Origin: Cladosporium halotolerans
Taxonomy: Eukaryota
NCBI RefSeq assembly: GCF_011745625.1
Contig: NW_027191470.1
Coordinates: 186,001 to 250,000, forward strand
Length of the DNA stretch: 64,000 nucleotides
Reading direction: 5' to 3'
Part shown: piece after piece, positions 9,884 to 21,263 of the stretch
Layout: each line of letters opens with the position of its first letter
Numbering within the stretch: position 1 is the stretch's first letter
Program-made: the position numbers and the translations under genes
Notes under the pieces: generated by a model
The model's input: only the letters and a program-made list of their open reading frames with translations
Database searches by the model: none
Told to the model about the DNA's origin: nothing

Positions 9884-12800
9884 ATGGTCAATCTCGACTT
9901 TACTAACCCACCACCGTCGCGAATGTCGGATAGTTCTCCGTTCAACGCGGCATCTTGGCTGACCAATCAAGGCCCTAAACAGTCGCGCAAACCCCAACCT
10001 TCTGGAGAATCTGCAGCAAGCTCCATATACCAACATCCTCCACCTGCAGCTTTACTCAACCCCAAAGCAGCTGCTAGCAGCAGCAATGCCAAAGCTGGCG
10101 AGAGTGACGGCGGCGACATGAATGGCAGCACAGTCGACCCTAGTGCTCTGTCTCGGTCTGGCAATGGCAATCAGAGCGAGAGTGGGATGGGAATCGACCA
10201 AATGCTGCAGAGCTTGCATAACACGACCGAACGCGAGTACGCGCCAGAGCGCAAGCACAAGCTCAAAATCGACGAGGATGGGGATGACCCTGAGCAGAAG
10301 AAGGCAAAGACCACATTTGGCGGCGCGGGCAGTGGCGGCACGATTGGAGAGTATCTCACGGAAGAGCGAAAGAAGCTAGCTTCAGAGAATGGCCCTGCCT
10401 CTGCTGCCATCGACTTGACCGGAGATGATGACGACCTGGTGATCACTGGCGAGAATTTCAAGCCTAAGCGGGATCCTGGAGAGGAAGAGGTCTGCATCGG
10501 CGTGCTCCGCGCTCAAGGCAACGCAGATCGTGTGCCCGCTGCCGCAGCTTTCATGGGAAGAGAATTCTGGCCCGTGACGAAGATCGCGTTGAGGAAAACG
10601 AACAACTTGAGGGATCATGTCATCGAAATGATCGATAAGAATGGAACTACTTTCGGGCGACTGAGTATCATCTTCGCGAAGCCGCTGGCACAATTGATGG
10701 CTGGCGCTCATTTGAGCGGAATCCGCCTCAAAGCTTTTCTGGATCAGAGAAAGCGCCATGAAGGTGAATCCGTCGGTGCTCGAATCTCTCGAAGCCTGCA
10801 CATGCGAATTTCGCTTTACTGCAAGCAGAAGGCTGTGCAGCAGGTCGGGAGATTTCTTTCCCAGAACCAGCTCTTCCTGGATGCGCCGCTCGAGAATGTT
10901 GACTCTGGGAGAAGGATCATCAATCCACATGTTCCTCAAGCTTATCAAAATCAGCAAATCGGAGCAAGGAAGCCGGTGTCTGGCAATTCTATTGCCTATA
11001 CTGCTCGGACTGCGGAGGAGATGAAGAGAGATGCGACTACGCTAATCGATACGCTTGCGAAGAATGAGAACTTGCCGGAAATGGAAGCCAATCCCGAGAT
11101 CATCGCAACCGAGCTTTTGGCGCATCAGAAGCAGGGCTTGCACTTTCTGACTGACCACGAGAACCATGATCAAACGATTCAAGAGAACGGTGACTCTCAC
11201 GGCAGCGAAGGGGAAAAGTTCTCACTGTGGAAGCCCATCGCCAAGGTCAACGGCAATCAGGCCTGGTACAATGTGATCACTGGCCACGAAATTCGCGAGA
11301 AGCCAGAGCCAGCTCGTGGCGGTATTCTTGCAGACATGATGGGTCTCGGAAAAACGCTGAGTATTCTTTCGCTTATCGCCGCGACTATCGACAGATCACG
11401 TAACTTTGAAGCGAAACGACCTCCGAATGATGTTGAAGGAGTGCTGCGCAACGCCAAGGGTACTCTCATCGTTTGTCCAAAGTCTGTCTTATCCAACTGG
11501 ACCGAGCAAATTAATACTCACGTCCTTCCCAACACGCTGACTTACTGTGTCTATCATGGCCCGAATCGCACACAAGACCTCGAAGACTTGGCCAAATATG
11601 ACATTATACTTACGACGTACGGAACTGTGGCCTCTGAGTTCAGTGACTCGCTCAAGAAAAAGAAGGCCCTTGCCTCTATGAACTGGTTCCGTATCGTGCT
11701 GGACGAAGCTCACACAATTCGCACTGCTTCTACACGTGGCTCGAGAGGTGCGTGTGCTTTGAATGCCGAGTGTCGCTGGGCTGTAACCGGCACACCGGTG
11801 CAGAATCGCCTCGATGACCTTGGTGCTCTTATTCGCTTTCTGCGTATCAAGCCTTTCGACGAGCCTAGCAATTGGGCTCAGCACATCGTCGCTCCTTTCA
11901 GGAACGCTAACTCAGACGTTCTTCAACATTTGCGTCTACTTGTTGACAGCATCACTCTTCGACGCGGCAAGGAGAACATCGGCTTGACGCAGCGCAGAGA
12001 GGTTTATCTTCGGATTGAGTTCTCCGAGGAGGAAAAGCAGCTATACGGCTTGTTTGCCTCCAGGTCTAATATGCAGCTTCGGGGCATGATGAGGGAGAGT
12101 AACACTCTGCGCGGCAAATCCTACGCTCACGTCCTGAAGTCGTTGCTTCGTTTGCGTATGATTTGCGATCATGGCAGAGAGATGCTGAACGAGGAGGACC
12201 TTAAGGATCTTGAGGGCATGGACGCGAGCAACGCTATCGATCTCGGCGACGAGCCTGATTTAGAGACCAACCGCAAGTTCATCTCGGATCGTCAGGCGTA
12301 CGAGCTGCTCAAGATGCAGAGTGAGAACGATCTGGATTACTGCACGAGATGCAACAAGCGCATCGGAGGCAAGAAGCCCCGGCAGAGCAGTGACCTGGAT
12401 TCCGAATCATCTTCTTCCGACGATGAGGACGAGAATGACACGATTGGATATCTTGATCCATGCTATCACCTATACTGCCGCGTCTGCAAGGATGTCTTAG
12501 TAGACGAAACCACGTTTCCAAAGCTGCGCGTGGACGGCTACCACGAGTGCGAGACTTGCGGCGCCTACGTCAGATTCGACTTCTTCGCCTTCTCCCGCCG
12601 CAACTTCCAAGATTACCTCGACGACCATGCGCCTGGCATGAAGAAAGCCCGCCACGCGACATGGGACGCCGACAGCTACAGCGGCCCGCACTCCAAAGTC
12701 CGCGCCCTCCTCGACCAGCTCGACAAATCCGCCCAAGAGACCGCAGCCCTGCCCATGGGCGAGCCGCCCATCCGCAGCGTCGTCTTCACCGAATGGACCT

Positions 12801-13234
12801 CCTACCTCGACCTGCTCGAATACGCCCTCGCCCAGCACGGGCACAATTACGTCCGCCTGGACGGCAGCATGAACGTCAAGCAGCGCTCCGCCGTCCTGCA
12901 GACCTTCAAGTCCGACCCGAGCGTCACAGTCCTCCTCGTCTCCATCCGCGCTGGCGGTCAAGGCCTGAACTTCACGGCCGCGAACAAAGTCTACATGATG
13001 GAGCCGCAGTTCAACCCCGGCGTGGAGCACCAGGCTATCGACCGCGTGCACCGCCTGGGGCAGGAGCGCGATGTTGAGATTGTGCACTTCATCATGTCGG
13101 ATAGTGTTGAGGAGGCGCTGCTGAAGCTGCAGGAGAAGAAGATGAAGTTGGCCAGGCTGAGTATGGATAAGAAGAAGACGAGGAGCGAGGAGGCGAAGAA
13201 GCGGATCGAGGAGTTGAGGGAACTGTTCAAGTAA
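9884..13234 (+). CDS. SNF2-family ATPase with RING finger (Rad5/Rad16/HLTF-like); possible extra upstream exon 9403-9484
   Basis: GGILADMMGLGKT, RIVLDEAH, TGTPVQN, RING (CTRC..CYHLYCRVC..CETC), RLDGSM, GGQGLN, QAIDRVHRLGQ. Confidence 0.9.
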   Translation: MVNLDFTNPPPSRMSDSSPFNAASWLTNQGPKQSRKPQPSGESAASSIYQHPPPAALLNPKAAASSSNAKAGESDGGDMNGSTVDPSALSRSGNGNQSESGMGIDQMLQSLHNTTEREYAPERKHKLKIDEDGDDPEQKKAKTTFGGAGSGGTIGEYLTEERKKLASENGPASAAIDLTGDDDDLVITGENFKPKRDPGEEEVCIGVLRAQGNADRVPAAAAFMGREFWPVTKIALRKTNNLRDHVIEMIDKNGTTFGRLSIIFAKPLAQLMAGAHLSGIRLKAFLDQRKRHEGESVGARISRSLHMRISLYCKQKAVQQVGRFLSQNQLFLDAPLENVDSGRRIINPHVPQAYQNQQIGARKPVSGNSIAYTARTAEEMKRDATTLIDTLAKNENLPEMEANPEIIATELLAHQKQGLHFLTDHENHDQTIQENGDSHGSEGEKFSLWKPIAKVNGNQAWYNVITGHEIREKPEPARGGILADMMGLGKTLSILSLIAATIDRSRNFEAKRPPNDVEGVLRNAKGTLIVCPKSVLSNWTEQINTHVLPNTLTYCVYHGPNRTQDLEDLAKYDIILTTYGTVASEFSDSLKKKKALASMNWFRIVLDEAHTIRTASTRGSRGACALNAECRWAVTGTPVQNRLDDLGALIRFLRIKPFDEPSNWAQHIVAPFRNANSDVLQHLRLLVDSITLRRGKENIGLTQRREVYLRIEFSEEEKQLYGLFASRSNMQLRGMMRESNTLRGKSYAHVLKSLLRLRMICDHGREMLNEEDLKDLEGMDASNAIDLGDEPDLETNRKFISDRQAYELLKMQSENDLDYCTRCNKRIGGKKPRQSSDLDSESSSSDDEDENDTIGYLDPCYHLYCRVCKDVLVDETTFPKLRVDGYHECETCGAYVRFDFFAFSRRNFQDYLDDHAPGMKKARHATWDADSYSGPHSKVRALLDQLDKSAQETAALPMGEPPIRSVVFTEWTSYLDLLEYALAQHGHNYVRLDGSMNVKQRSAVLQTFKSDPSVTVLLVSIRAGGQGLNFTAANKVYMMEPQFNPGVEHQAIDRVHRLGQERDVEIVHFIMSDSVEEALLKLQEKKMKLARLSMDKKKTRSEEAKKRIEELRELFK

Positions 13235-13736
13235 GGGAGGGAAGTGCTTTGCGGATCAGCTGTGAGGGTGCTGGGATGGGGCGAAATTGAGGGGGGTCTT
13301 TTATTTTTGCTTGCGATACCCCTGCGATCATGACGGAGGGGTTTTGGGTGAACTACCATTGGCAATGGGTGGTAGATAACATAGGCCATGGCGGCCATCT
13401 GGTGCTTGCGGCTGAGCAGGCATCAAATCGCCGTGCGCAAAAGACCTTGAATGAATGCAAATTGAGACTTTTTCGTCGCTCGCATTTCTTGTGATGTAAG
13501 CACAAAAACATATGCGTGCTAAGGAAGGTGGCAAACCACTAAAGGAAAAAAGAAACCATATTTTTTCTACGCTGAAACACCTTTCCCTCCCGCGGCCGAT
13601 GATAACAAAATATTACCCTGACATCAGAAAAGGAACAGACTTCCACAACCACCACCGTCCAGCCAGTCCCGTCCAAAAAGCATCTCCATCCCCTCCAAAC
13701 TCCTCTCGTCGCCCTCTCGAACCCCACAATCGCAAC

Positions 13737-16700
13737 TCACATCCACAACCCAACCAACCCCCTCACGAACTCCACAACCCCCTCCACGCCCCCCAACTCC
13801 TCCTCCAACCTCTTGCCCACCCACGTGCCAACCCTATCCCTCCTCGCCGCCAACCCCCTCACAGCCCCCCTCAACCTCTCCACGCCGCCCACCTCCAGAA
13901 CCCTCGCCAGCACATCCCCATCAACGCACAAATCGCTCTCAGCTCCAACCCCCTCCGCCGCAAAAAGCAGCACCTCGTCCTCCTCGCGCCCCGCAAACCC
14001 CGCCGGCAGCGCGCGCTCGCGGCTTTCGAAAAGCGCCTCGTCGACGCCGTAGGGCGGGTCGTCGGCCGTGTGCGGGGAGAAAGCCTTGCTCCACTCGATG
14101 ACGCGCTGGAGCCAGAAGAGGCGGCGCCAGAGAGCGGGGGAGAGGAGGGCGATGCCCGTTAGGGAGCCGTCGGTGGAGAGGCCGAGGAGGTCTGAGGCGA
14201 GGACGCCGGGGGGTGGAGGGGGGCGGTATAAGGGGCGGATGGAGGCGTGGGCGAGGCGGGTGAGGGAGGTGGGGAGGGAGGTTTGGGCGAGGAGGCGGGT
14301 GCGGTGGGTTTGTTCTTGGGCGGTGGGGGAGGTGAGGGTTTGGAGAGTGTGGGTTTGGGTGCTTTGGAGGGCGATGGGGGAGGTGGGCAGGGAGACGATG
14401 GCGTGGGATTGAGAGCGGTCGAGGCGGGGCGCTTGGGCGATGGGGGCGAGGCGGTGGGTGTGGTCTTCGTTGTTATGGGCGGGGGAGGAGAGGGGTTCGA
14501 GGCGGAGGGTGATGAGGCCGTCTTGGGCTGTCGAGACGTAGATGAGGCCGTTGGTGATGGAGATGGACGTGCCCTCGCTGGCGAGTTTGAGGGGTGCACA
14601 GATTTCGCCCCATCTTCGCTCGGAGGTGTCGAAGCGTGAGGCGATGATGGAAGAGCCAGTGCACGCGATGTATGTCAGCTCGTCGTACAAGGCGAGTGCA
14701 TATACGGGTCGGTCGAATGTTGTGACGCGGCCTTCCTTGACGTCGACGATCTCCCAACTTTTGTTGCTCGGCTGCAAGAAAGCGATGCGTCCTCGCTGCG
14801 AGTTATGTCTCGTGAAGCTGCCGCCTACCATAATGAAACTGTAACGCTTCTGGTTGGCTTCGAACGACCACTCCAGGAGAGCGTAAATCCGCTCGCCTGG
14901 TTGCAAATCGAAAGTAAAAGAAGGCTCGCCTTTGTCCGCCGGAATGAAGTCGATCACAGGCCATACCTGCCGTCGTTCTGCAGGCTGAGCGTTGCGCATG
15001 TTAGATGGGAATGAGCGAGTAGACGTGCACATAGAAGCGCAAATGAGGCTCCGCTGCCGCTCGGCGTAGATGAGACGGTTCGGTGTTCCGCTAACGTGGA
15101 TCTGTCGCGGAACAGTGGTCGTGGCTTGGTCGATCGATACGAAACAAACCTCTGCGGAAGAGACGAGGACGACACAGCCAGCGAGGGAGCCAATCTCCTC
15201 GCTACTGCTCAAGTTTTCGGCAGAGGGCATTTTAGAGACTGCTGTAATCGGGCCTTGTGCCATTTCCGGCCGATTCCTGTCCGAAATCCACAGATTTTGA
15301 ACATGAACGGATGAAGCGCTTTCTCCATTCCATATTAACACACAGGCGTCAAGTCCTGTGAACGCGTACGCCTGGCTAGGATCGTCGGCTTGCCGTGCAA
15401 CTCTGACAGTCTCATGTCCAAATCGCAAGATGTGGGCTTCCCCAAAGTTTGGCGACTTTTCCAGGTCGATTGTGATCAATACAGCCCTACCGTCACGTAG
15501 GCCGCAGATTGCCATCAACTCTGAGGATTTATTTGCGCTCGAACGCGTCGGGCGAAGGAGGACAACATGATCACACAATCCTTGTGAATCCTTGACGATT
15601 CGGAGAGAGTCGGAGATCTTGGGAGTTGAGGACGGATCATTGTCCACGGTAAAAAGTTGGAGGTCTCCTTCGACAGTTGCAACCACTCCAACGATGGTGC
15701 TGTTGTGCACAGTTGTGGCCAGACAAAGTGCCTCTTTCTCCAGCGCCACTGGGCTACCCAGTTGATGCAGTCCTTCTGTCTCTTCTGCGTCTCCGTCATT
15801 GTGCAGAGCGGCGTAATGCTTGAACGCCAGAAGACTAGATCCGTCACCACCGCGCACAACTACAGCTGCGGTGTTGAGACTAGGCTCGAGTGCTGCCGCG
15901 ATAATGGTACGACCATTGCCGGCATCCCATCGTGATCGATCTTCGAAATTCGCCGTCACGCTGGCGCTAGTGCGAATAGACGTCTCACTGACCTGCAACA
16001 AATGGCCGTTCTCAAGGACGCCCGCTTCGAGAGTGCGCTCGTTCAACGCCATAACAGTAGTATCAGACTCATCCAGCTCCGACATGTTTTGCATGTCAGG
16101 ATCGATATCCAGCAAACGAGTGGAATACGGCGACGAAAGCAGCATCAAAATCGAGCCTGTCGAAACGTTCGGAAGCACCCAGGCCCCAACAGCACTTTTG
16201 AGTCCGTCCAGAGGGAAGTAGCTCGCCAGTCGCGCCTCCAGACCTTTTCGAAGCTCGGTGATGCAGCCGTAAGGTTCGCAGCCGGAAGTCACGAACACTG
16301 CATCGACCGTCCGGGGTGATCTGTTGTGGGACTGAGGCAGTCTAGACACGACCATGTCAACGCTCGATGCCCAGTTGGGCAGGATCTCGCTGTCTCTCAT
16401 GGCCATGGTCTCAATCCTGTCCATTTCGCGGATGCCGGCCGATGGCCAGCTGCCGATGTGCACTACCTTGCCGTTGCTTGCGTCTCCCATCACGGCGAGT
16501 ATATCCGGGTCGCTTGGGTCACCGAGGGAGGCGAAGGCAGTGCCGACGTGACAACTGACATTACCGGCGCTACCTGTCTGCAAAGTGTCGAAAGTCGTCG
16601 TGTTGACAAGACCGACGAAACCGTCTTCGCGAATGAGGTAGACAGTGTCCCGGGATTGGTCTGCTGATCTGTTGCGGCGGGGCCGACACCAACCTGTCCA

Positions 16701-17699
16701 TGTGGGCTTCCTTGGGGATAAGCCTGGGAGGTCGGTCTCTTCGAATTGAGCAGTCAAGGGCATACTCCGCATCGATCCGGAAATGATATCCTTCTGGAGC
16801 TTCATTTCATTGCCTGTGATCATAAGGAAGGCAGCTTCTCGCAGCGGGATAAGCAAGCTGGGAACGGCCTTTGCAGATTCGATTGGCTGTGCTTTATGTA
16901 CGACGGCAGCACGTAAATGTGTGTTTCCGTACCAGTCGATCCATACTGCTTTCGTTCTGCGGTTTTCGATCACGATGACCAGTAAGATGATGTGATCTGG
17001 ATCGTTTTGGGGAGGATGCAAGAATTCCAAATGTTGGATGACTCCTTCAACAGGAACTGGCCGCTGAGCAGAGAGCGGCCACCAGTCCGGGTGGTTCGCA
17101 TGGATCTCGCTCTGGATTTGCTCCTTATCTTTGGCAGAGTAAATCACCACCTCCCTCTGATTGGCTGCCACGGCCACAGCTCGAGACGATGGATCTACAG
17201 CGAGATGCTCCCCGACCTGATAGATTTCCTGATTGAAGATTGGCATTGGACATGTCTGATGAACGAACTGTGGTCGGCCGATGCCATCATCTTTTAGGTA
17301 CAAGAAGACCAAATCATCCGTGTCGAGGGTAAGCACAACGAGCTCAGGCGGGGCATTGTACCTCGCCTGTGTGCTTTTGCTGTCGCCATTTGACTGTTCT
17401 GCCTTGATAAAATCGAAATGATTCCTGGCTTCGGGGGGATCGAGGTCGAGAGGGAAAGTCCGTGCTGCCCTAATGCGGGATGCGAAGTCGTCCTTGGTAG
17501 CGATATGCTCGAGGTGGCCTTTCTGCTTGACCTGCTTGACGTGGATGAAGTGCTCTCCGACGAAGACGACATCGTTGAAGCTCCAGCTCCTGACTCGGGC
17601 ATGCAATATGGATTTGCACACAGGAGTGCGGATTATAGTCTTGGTGAGAACGCCCGGCCTTTGGGTGGCGGCGTTTGGAGGCTGGACGGAGCCCATCAT
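13737..17699 (-). CDS. MMS1/DDB1/CPSF160-like beta-propeller protein (fungal 'thermotolerance protein' type)
   Basis: 1320-aa intronless ORF. N-terminal GVLTKTIIRTP..DVVFVGE, GEHLAVDPSSRAVAVAA, LPNWAS.VD and G.ITELRKG resemble MMS1_N/CPSF_A family proteins. Start codon uncertain. Confidence 0.72.
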   Translation of the reverse strand: MMGSVQPPNAATQRPGVLTKTIIRTPVCKSILHARVRSWSFNDVVFVGEHFIHVKQVKQKGHLEHIATKDDFASRIRAARTFPLDLDPPEARNHFDFIKAEQSNGDSKSTQARYNAPPELVVLTLDTDDLVFLYLKDDGIGRPQFVHQTCPMPIFNQEIYQVGEHLAVDPSSRAVAVAANQREVVIYSAKDKEQIQSEIHANHPDWWPLSAQRPVPVEGVIQHLEFLHPPQNDPDHIILLVIVIENRRTKAVWIDWYGNTHLRAAVVHKAQPIESAKAVPSLLIPLREAAFLMITGNEMKLQKDIISGSMRSMPLTAQFEETDLPGLSPRKPTWTGWCRPRRNRSADQSRDTVYLIREDGFVGLVNTTTFDTLQTGSAGNVSCHVGTAFASLGDPSDPDILAVMGDASNGKVVHIGSWPSAGIREMDRIETMAMRDSEILPNWASSVDMVVSRLPQSHNRSPRTVDAVFVTSGCEPYGCITELRKGLEARLASYFPLDGLKSAVGAWVLPNVSTGSILMLLSSPYSTRLLDIDPDMQNMSELDESDTTVMALNERTLEAGVLENGHLLQVSETSIRTSASVTANFEDRSRWDAGNGRTIIAAALEPSLNTAAVVVRGGDGSSLLAFKHYAALHNDGDAEETEGLHQLGSPVALEKEALCLATTVHNSTIVGVVATVEGDLQLFTVDNDPSSTPKISDSLRIVKDSQGLCDHVVLLRPTRSSANKSSELMAICGLRDGRAVLITIDLEKSPNFGEAHILRFGHETVRVARQADDPSQAYAFTGLDACVLIWNGESASSVHVQNLWISDRNRPEMAQGPITAVSKMPSAENLSSSEEIGSLAGCVVLVSSAEVCFVSIDQATTTVPRQIHVSGTPNRLIYAERQRSLICASMCTSTRSFPSNMRNAQPAERRQVWPVIDFIPADKGEPSFTFDLQPGERIYALLEWSFEANQKRYSFIMVGGSFTRHNSQRGRIAFLQPSNKSWEIVDVKEGRVTTFDRPVYALALYDELTYIACTGSSIIASRFDTSERRWGEICAPLKLASEGTSISITNGLIYVSTAQDGLITLRLEPLSSPAHNNEDHTHRLAPIAQAPRLDRSQSHAIVSLPTSPIALQSTQTHTLQTLTSPTAQEQTHRTRLLAQTSLPTSLTRLAHASIRPLYRPPPPPGVLASDLLGLSTDGSLTGIALLSPALWRRLFWLQRVIEWSKAFSPHTADDPPYGVDEALFESRERALPAGFAGREEDEVLLFAAEGVGAESDLCVDGDVLARVLEVGGVERLRGAVRGLAARRDRVGTWVGKRLEEELGGVEGVVEFVRGLVGLWM

Positions 17700-18779
17700 C
17701 TGGACATGATTTTACAGCGGCGGACAAGCAGACAGGTCGACTGGCTTCGGAGGCGTGCAAGGAAACGTCGTGATATGAATGGCGCAGGCTAATATATCAT
17801 GGTGGTGAATATCCTAAAGCGGTTGACGACTCATGGGCGGGCTTCAGAATTGGATGGGCCCGGCAACTGGACAGCGTGCGGCTCCGGCGAGTGGACGGCA
17901 GTCGGCGAGGCGTACAGACAGCACCTTGCGTTGGCGGCGCGCGGGACGTGGTATTGGCTTGGTGGAGTTGGCGAGATGGCGGTATTACTGCAATCATGCC
18001 GTGGACAGGCGGTGCGAGCTGCGTGCAGCAACGCGGGTCGAAGCCTTCGCAGGTGGAGGGAGGCATCGCGCTGTGCCGCAGGAGGCAGCGACCCTTGGAC
18101 CGGCGAGCGAGCGCCTCCTCCCAGCGTGCCAGGCGTGCCAGCCTCACCCATCGGATACATCATCACACGAGCACGCGGCCGCAGACACCGGCCCGACGCC
18201 ATCGGCAGCGACGAAACTCGAGGCTGCCCTCCCGACGTGCGACGGGCAGCTACTGTGTTGCAAGCCACACCACGCCGCCGGCAGCAGTCGCTCGCAAGCC
18301 CTCCCTGGCCCGGCCGGCAGCCCAGCGCGCGCCGCAGATCCCCTCTGCAGTGAGAGTCTGCATCACGGCGTCTGAAAACCGACCGCTCGCATTTTGTCCA
18401 ACGTCGGTGCAGGTGATTGTCTGCCGCCTGCCACCCGGGTCGCACGCTGCGTAGGCGCCACCTCACTCCTACCCGTCTCCCCGCGCTTCACCACTCCTCG
18501 CCCGCCGCCCTCATCAATGCACCACACGCCTCGCTCGCTGCCGTGCCTGCAACTCCCCTGGCATTGATCCCGCCGCGCCGGCACCCCTTCAACACTGCTC
18601 ACTCACACCTCGCCCACGTGCCTCCGTCCGTCACACCCACCACCAACGCAGCCTCGCCGGGACGCCGACGCCTCCCCTCCTTGCATTGACCAGGAACCGC
18701 AGCCGCAGTGGCCCTATATTGGGCGTTTAATCTGTGTCGCCCCGCTTGTCAGCAGTACTGTCCCAAGGAACCCGTCGTC

Positions 18780-20295
18780 ATGGATCCGGCTCTGACAGGG
18801 ACAGCTCAAAGGCCTGCAGCCGGCCACATCCCGCCCCTGTCCACGGCAAACAACAATCAACCGCTGTCAGAGGAAGAACAGGCTAAGGTAAGGCAGATCA
18901 CCGATGCGAGTGACAGCTGCGACTACCTGGCCCTGCGTGGCCTGGCCGCTTCAACCGGCGGCTTGATCAACGATGAGGTCCGTCGCTTAGTATGTACGTC
19001 AATGCACGCTTTCTGTCACAGCCAATCTAGGAAAATGCTCACAAATATTCAGGGCCAGTTGTCCTGGGCGCGGAGAAGGTCGGTGCAGAATCAGAGGCCG
19101 ATTGGAAAGCGCTACCTAGTCATCGCGAAGAGTCCCAAGTCGAACTAGATGTCAACCGCTCGTTCGTTTACTATCCCACAGGTGCGTATGCCCCACGGAG
19201 GTCCCAACGCACTGCACGCTTCCGGCGTTGACCCGTATGACCTTCAGACGAATCAGACGAACGAATCGATGCGCGGAAGCAAGAACTTTCGAACGTAATT
19301 ACCGAAGTTCTGCGCCGCCATCCGAAGATTAGCTACTTCCAAGGCTATCATGACATCGTCCAGGTATTGCTCCTGGTCCTGGGAGCTGAAGCCGCACCTG
19401 CGGCTGTGGAGAGGCTCTCCCTGCTACGCATCCGTGACTTCATGCTGCCGACAATGACAGGGGCAATATCGCATCTTCAGCTCCTGCCATCTATTCTGAG
19501 AGCAGCAGACGCCGAATTGTTCGCCCACCTCAGCCAAACAGCCCCCTTCTACTTCGCCCTGCCGGCAACTCTCACCCTCTACGCCCACGACATCCAAGAA
19601 TACGGCGACATCGCCCGCCTATTCGACTACCTCCTCACCAACGAAGCCGTAGCCTCAATCTATCTCTACGCGACAGTAAGTTCTTCCACCAATCGTAACA
19701 CTCACGCCGCGGACCAGACGCACCACGCACGCCAACCATGCACTCCACAACAAAAGCAATCCACTGACAACCCTCACCCCGGCAGATAATCCTCTCACGC
19801 AAAGCAGAGCTCCTGTCCCTCGAAGCAGACGAGCACGACATGCTGCACGCGATCCTCTCCAAGCTCCCCAAACCACTCAACCTCGACTCCCTAATCTCCC
19901 GCTCCGCCGCCCTGCACGCCGCGCACCCGCCCACGCGCCTCGGCGGCCTGACCTGGTTCACCGTCTCGCGCAACAGCGTGCTGAAGACGACGCGCGACCC
20001 GGCCAGCCTCGCGGCGCAGACGCTCGCGGACGGCGAGCGCTTCTTCGAGCGGCATGCGTCTGACGTCGCGGCGCAGGAGGCGCGGGAGAGGCGGTTGAAG
20101 ACTGCGCGCAGGCTGGCGGTTAAGTATCGCCGGCCGGCGATGGCGACGGGCACGGCGGTGCTGGTGGCAGTGCTGGCTGTTTACTTGCGGAGGGTCGGGG
20201 GTGTGCCGCCGTCGTTGTCAATTGCGGGCGTATATCAGGCGGGTTTGATGCTGAGGGCTAAGGCGCTGGGGCTTCTGGAGAGGTTGTTCAGGTAA
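18780..20295 (+). CDS. GYP8: TBC-domain Rab GTPase-activating protein (Gyp8/TBC1D20-like); exons 18780-18993, 19053-19181, 19248-19675, 19786-20295
   Basis: GGL.NDEVRR.VWP, QVELDVNRSF (Arg finger), YFQGYHDI (Gln finger), LLRIRDFM, C-terminal TM segment. Three canonical in-frame introns. Confidence 0.85.
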
Positions 20296-21263
20296 GAGCG
20301 GTCGGGCTTGGATTGCGGCCGCTCGAGGATTTTCACGCTTGCCAATTTTCAGCATTTTGATTTCATGACCTCGTCCTATCTAATGACTGGTTTGGCCGAT
20401 ATTATGGGTTGGCAAGAAAGGCGGATTCGACCCGAATGCAAGTGGCATGGTCTTTCAGGGCCGAGAGGGCCTGGCTGGGTTTCGCAGAGAGTTTCAACAG
20501 GACTCTTCTCAAGAGGACAACCCCTTTTCTTTTTTCAAGTGCATTTCCTTCGAACCACAAGTGGTATCGGAACCTGGCTTTGGCTGGAACATCTCCCACG
20601 ACTGGATGGAGCTGGCTGCGACGGAGATAAATTCGGAGATAAACATGACATCACGTCTACCTAAGTAAAGCGCGTTCAACATCTGCAAAGAACACAGAAC
20701 ATGCAGTCAAGATGACAAGCAGGCTTTGAGTCGTCTCCCGCAGTTCGAGAAATTCCACTGCCGGAGTCAGTCGCGCGATCTGCGAGGAGCTGAACTTGCC
20801 GGTCGTGCGCAACATGCGAATGAGATTCTCATTCATTCTGCAACGCAGCTCGAACCCTGCCCAGCCCACGCGGGAGCGCCAGCGTGGAGTCGGCAGAAAC
20901 AAACTGCGAACTCTGACTTGACGACTCGCAGATGGCGCCATCGATAACTCCGTTGGCTCTGAGCCTTTTTCGGTGGGGATGGGCGGTCGCGGTAGGTGTG
21001 GGCCGAGACTCTATCGCTGTCTCGCGTGGCGGACGTTTCTTTCTTGCTGCAGAGTCGATCGCTTGTGACTTCACTCTTCACGTTCGTCGCTAACAATCTC
21101 GCGCAATCGTCGCCGCGATTCAACCAAAGCCTGTCCGGACGCCGCTCCGAGATATCGTCAAGCGCATCGCGAGAAACGCCACCGCCTGCTTTAGCCGGAC
21201 TCCAGTGGCGAACGACGACCGCGCCCACCACCGTGCTGGTCTGCTCGCAGCACCGACACGACC

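Noticed and set aside
17797..18690. Many overlapping 100-210-aa ORFs
   Set aside because: GC-rich divergent promoter region between the MMS1-like and TBC genes; translations are Arg/Ala/Pro-rich noise.
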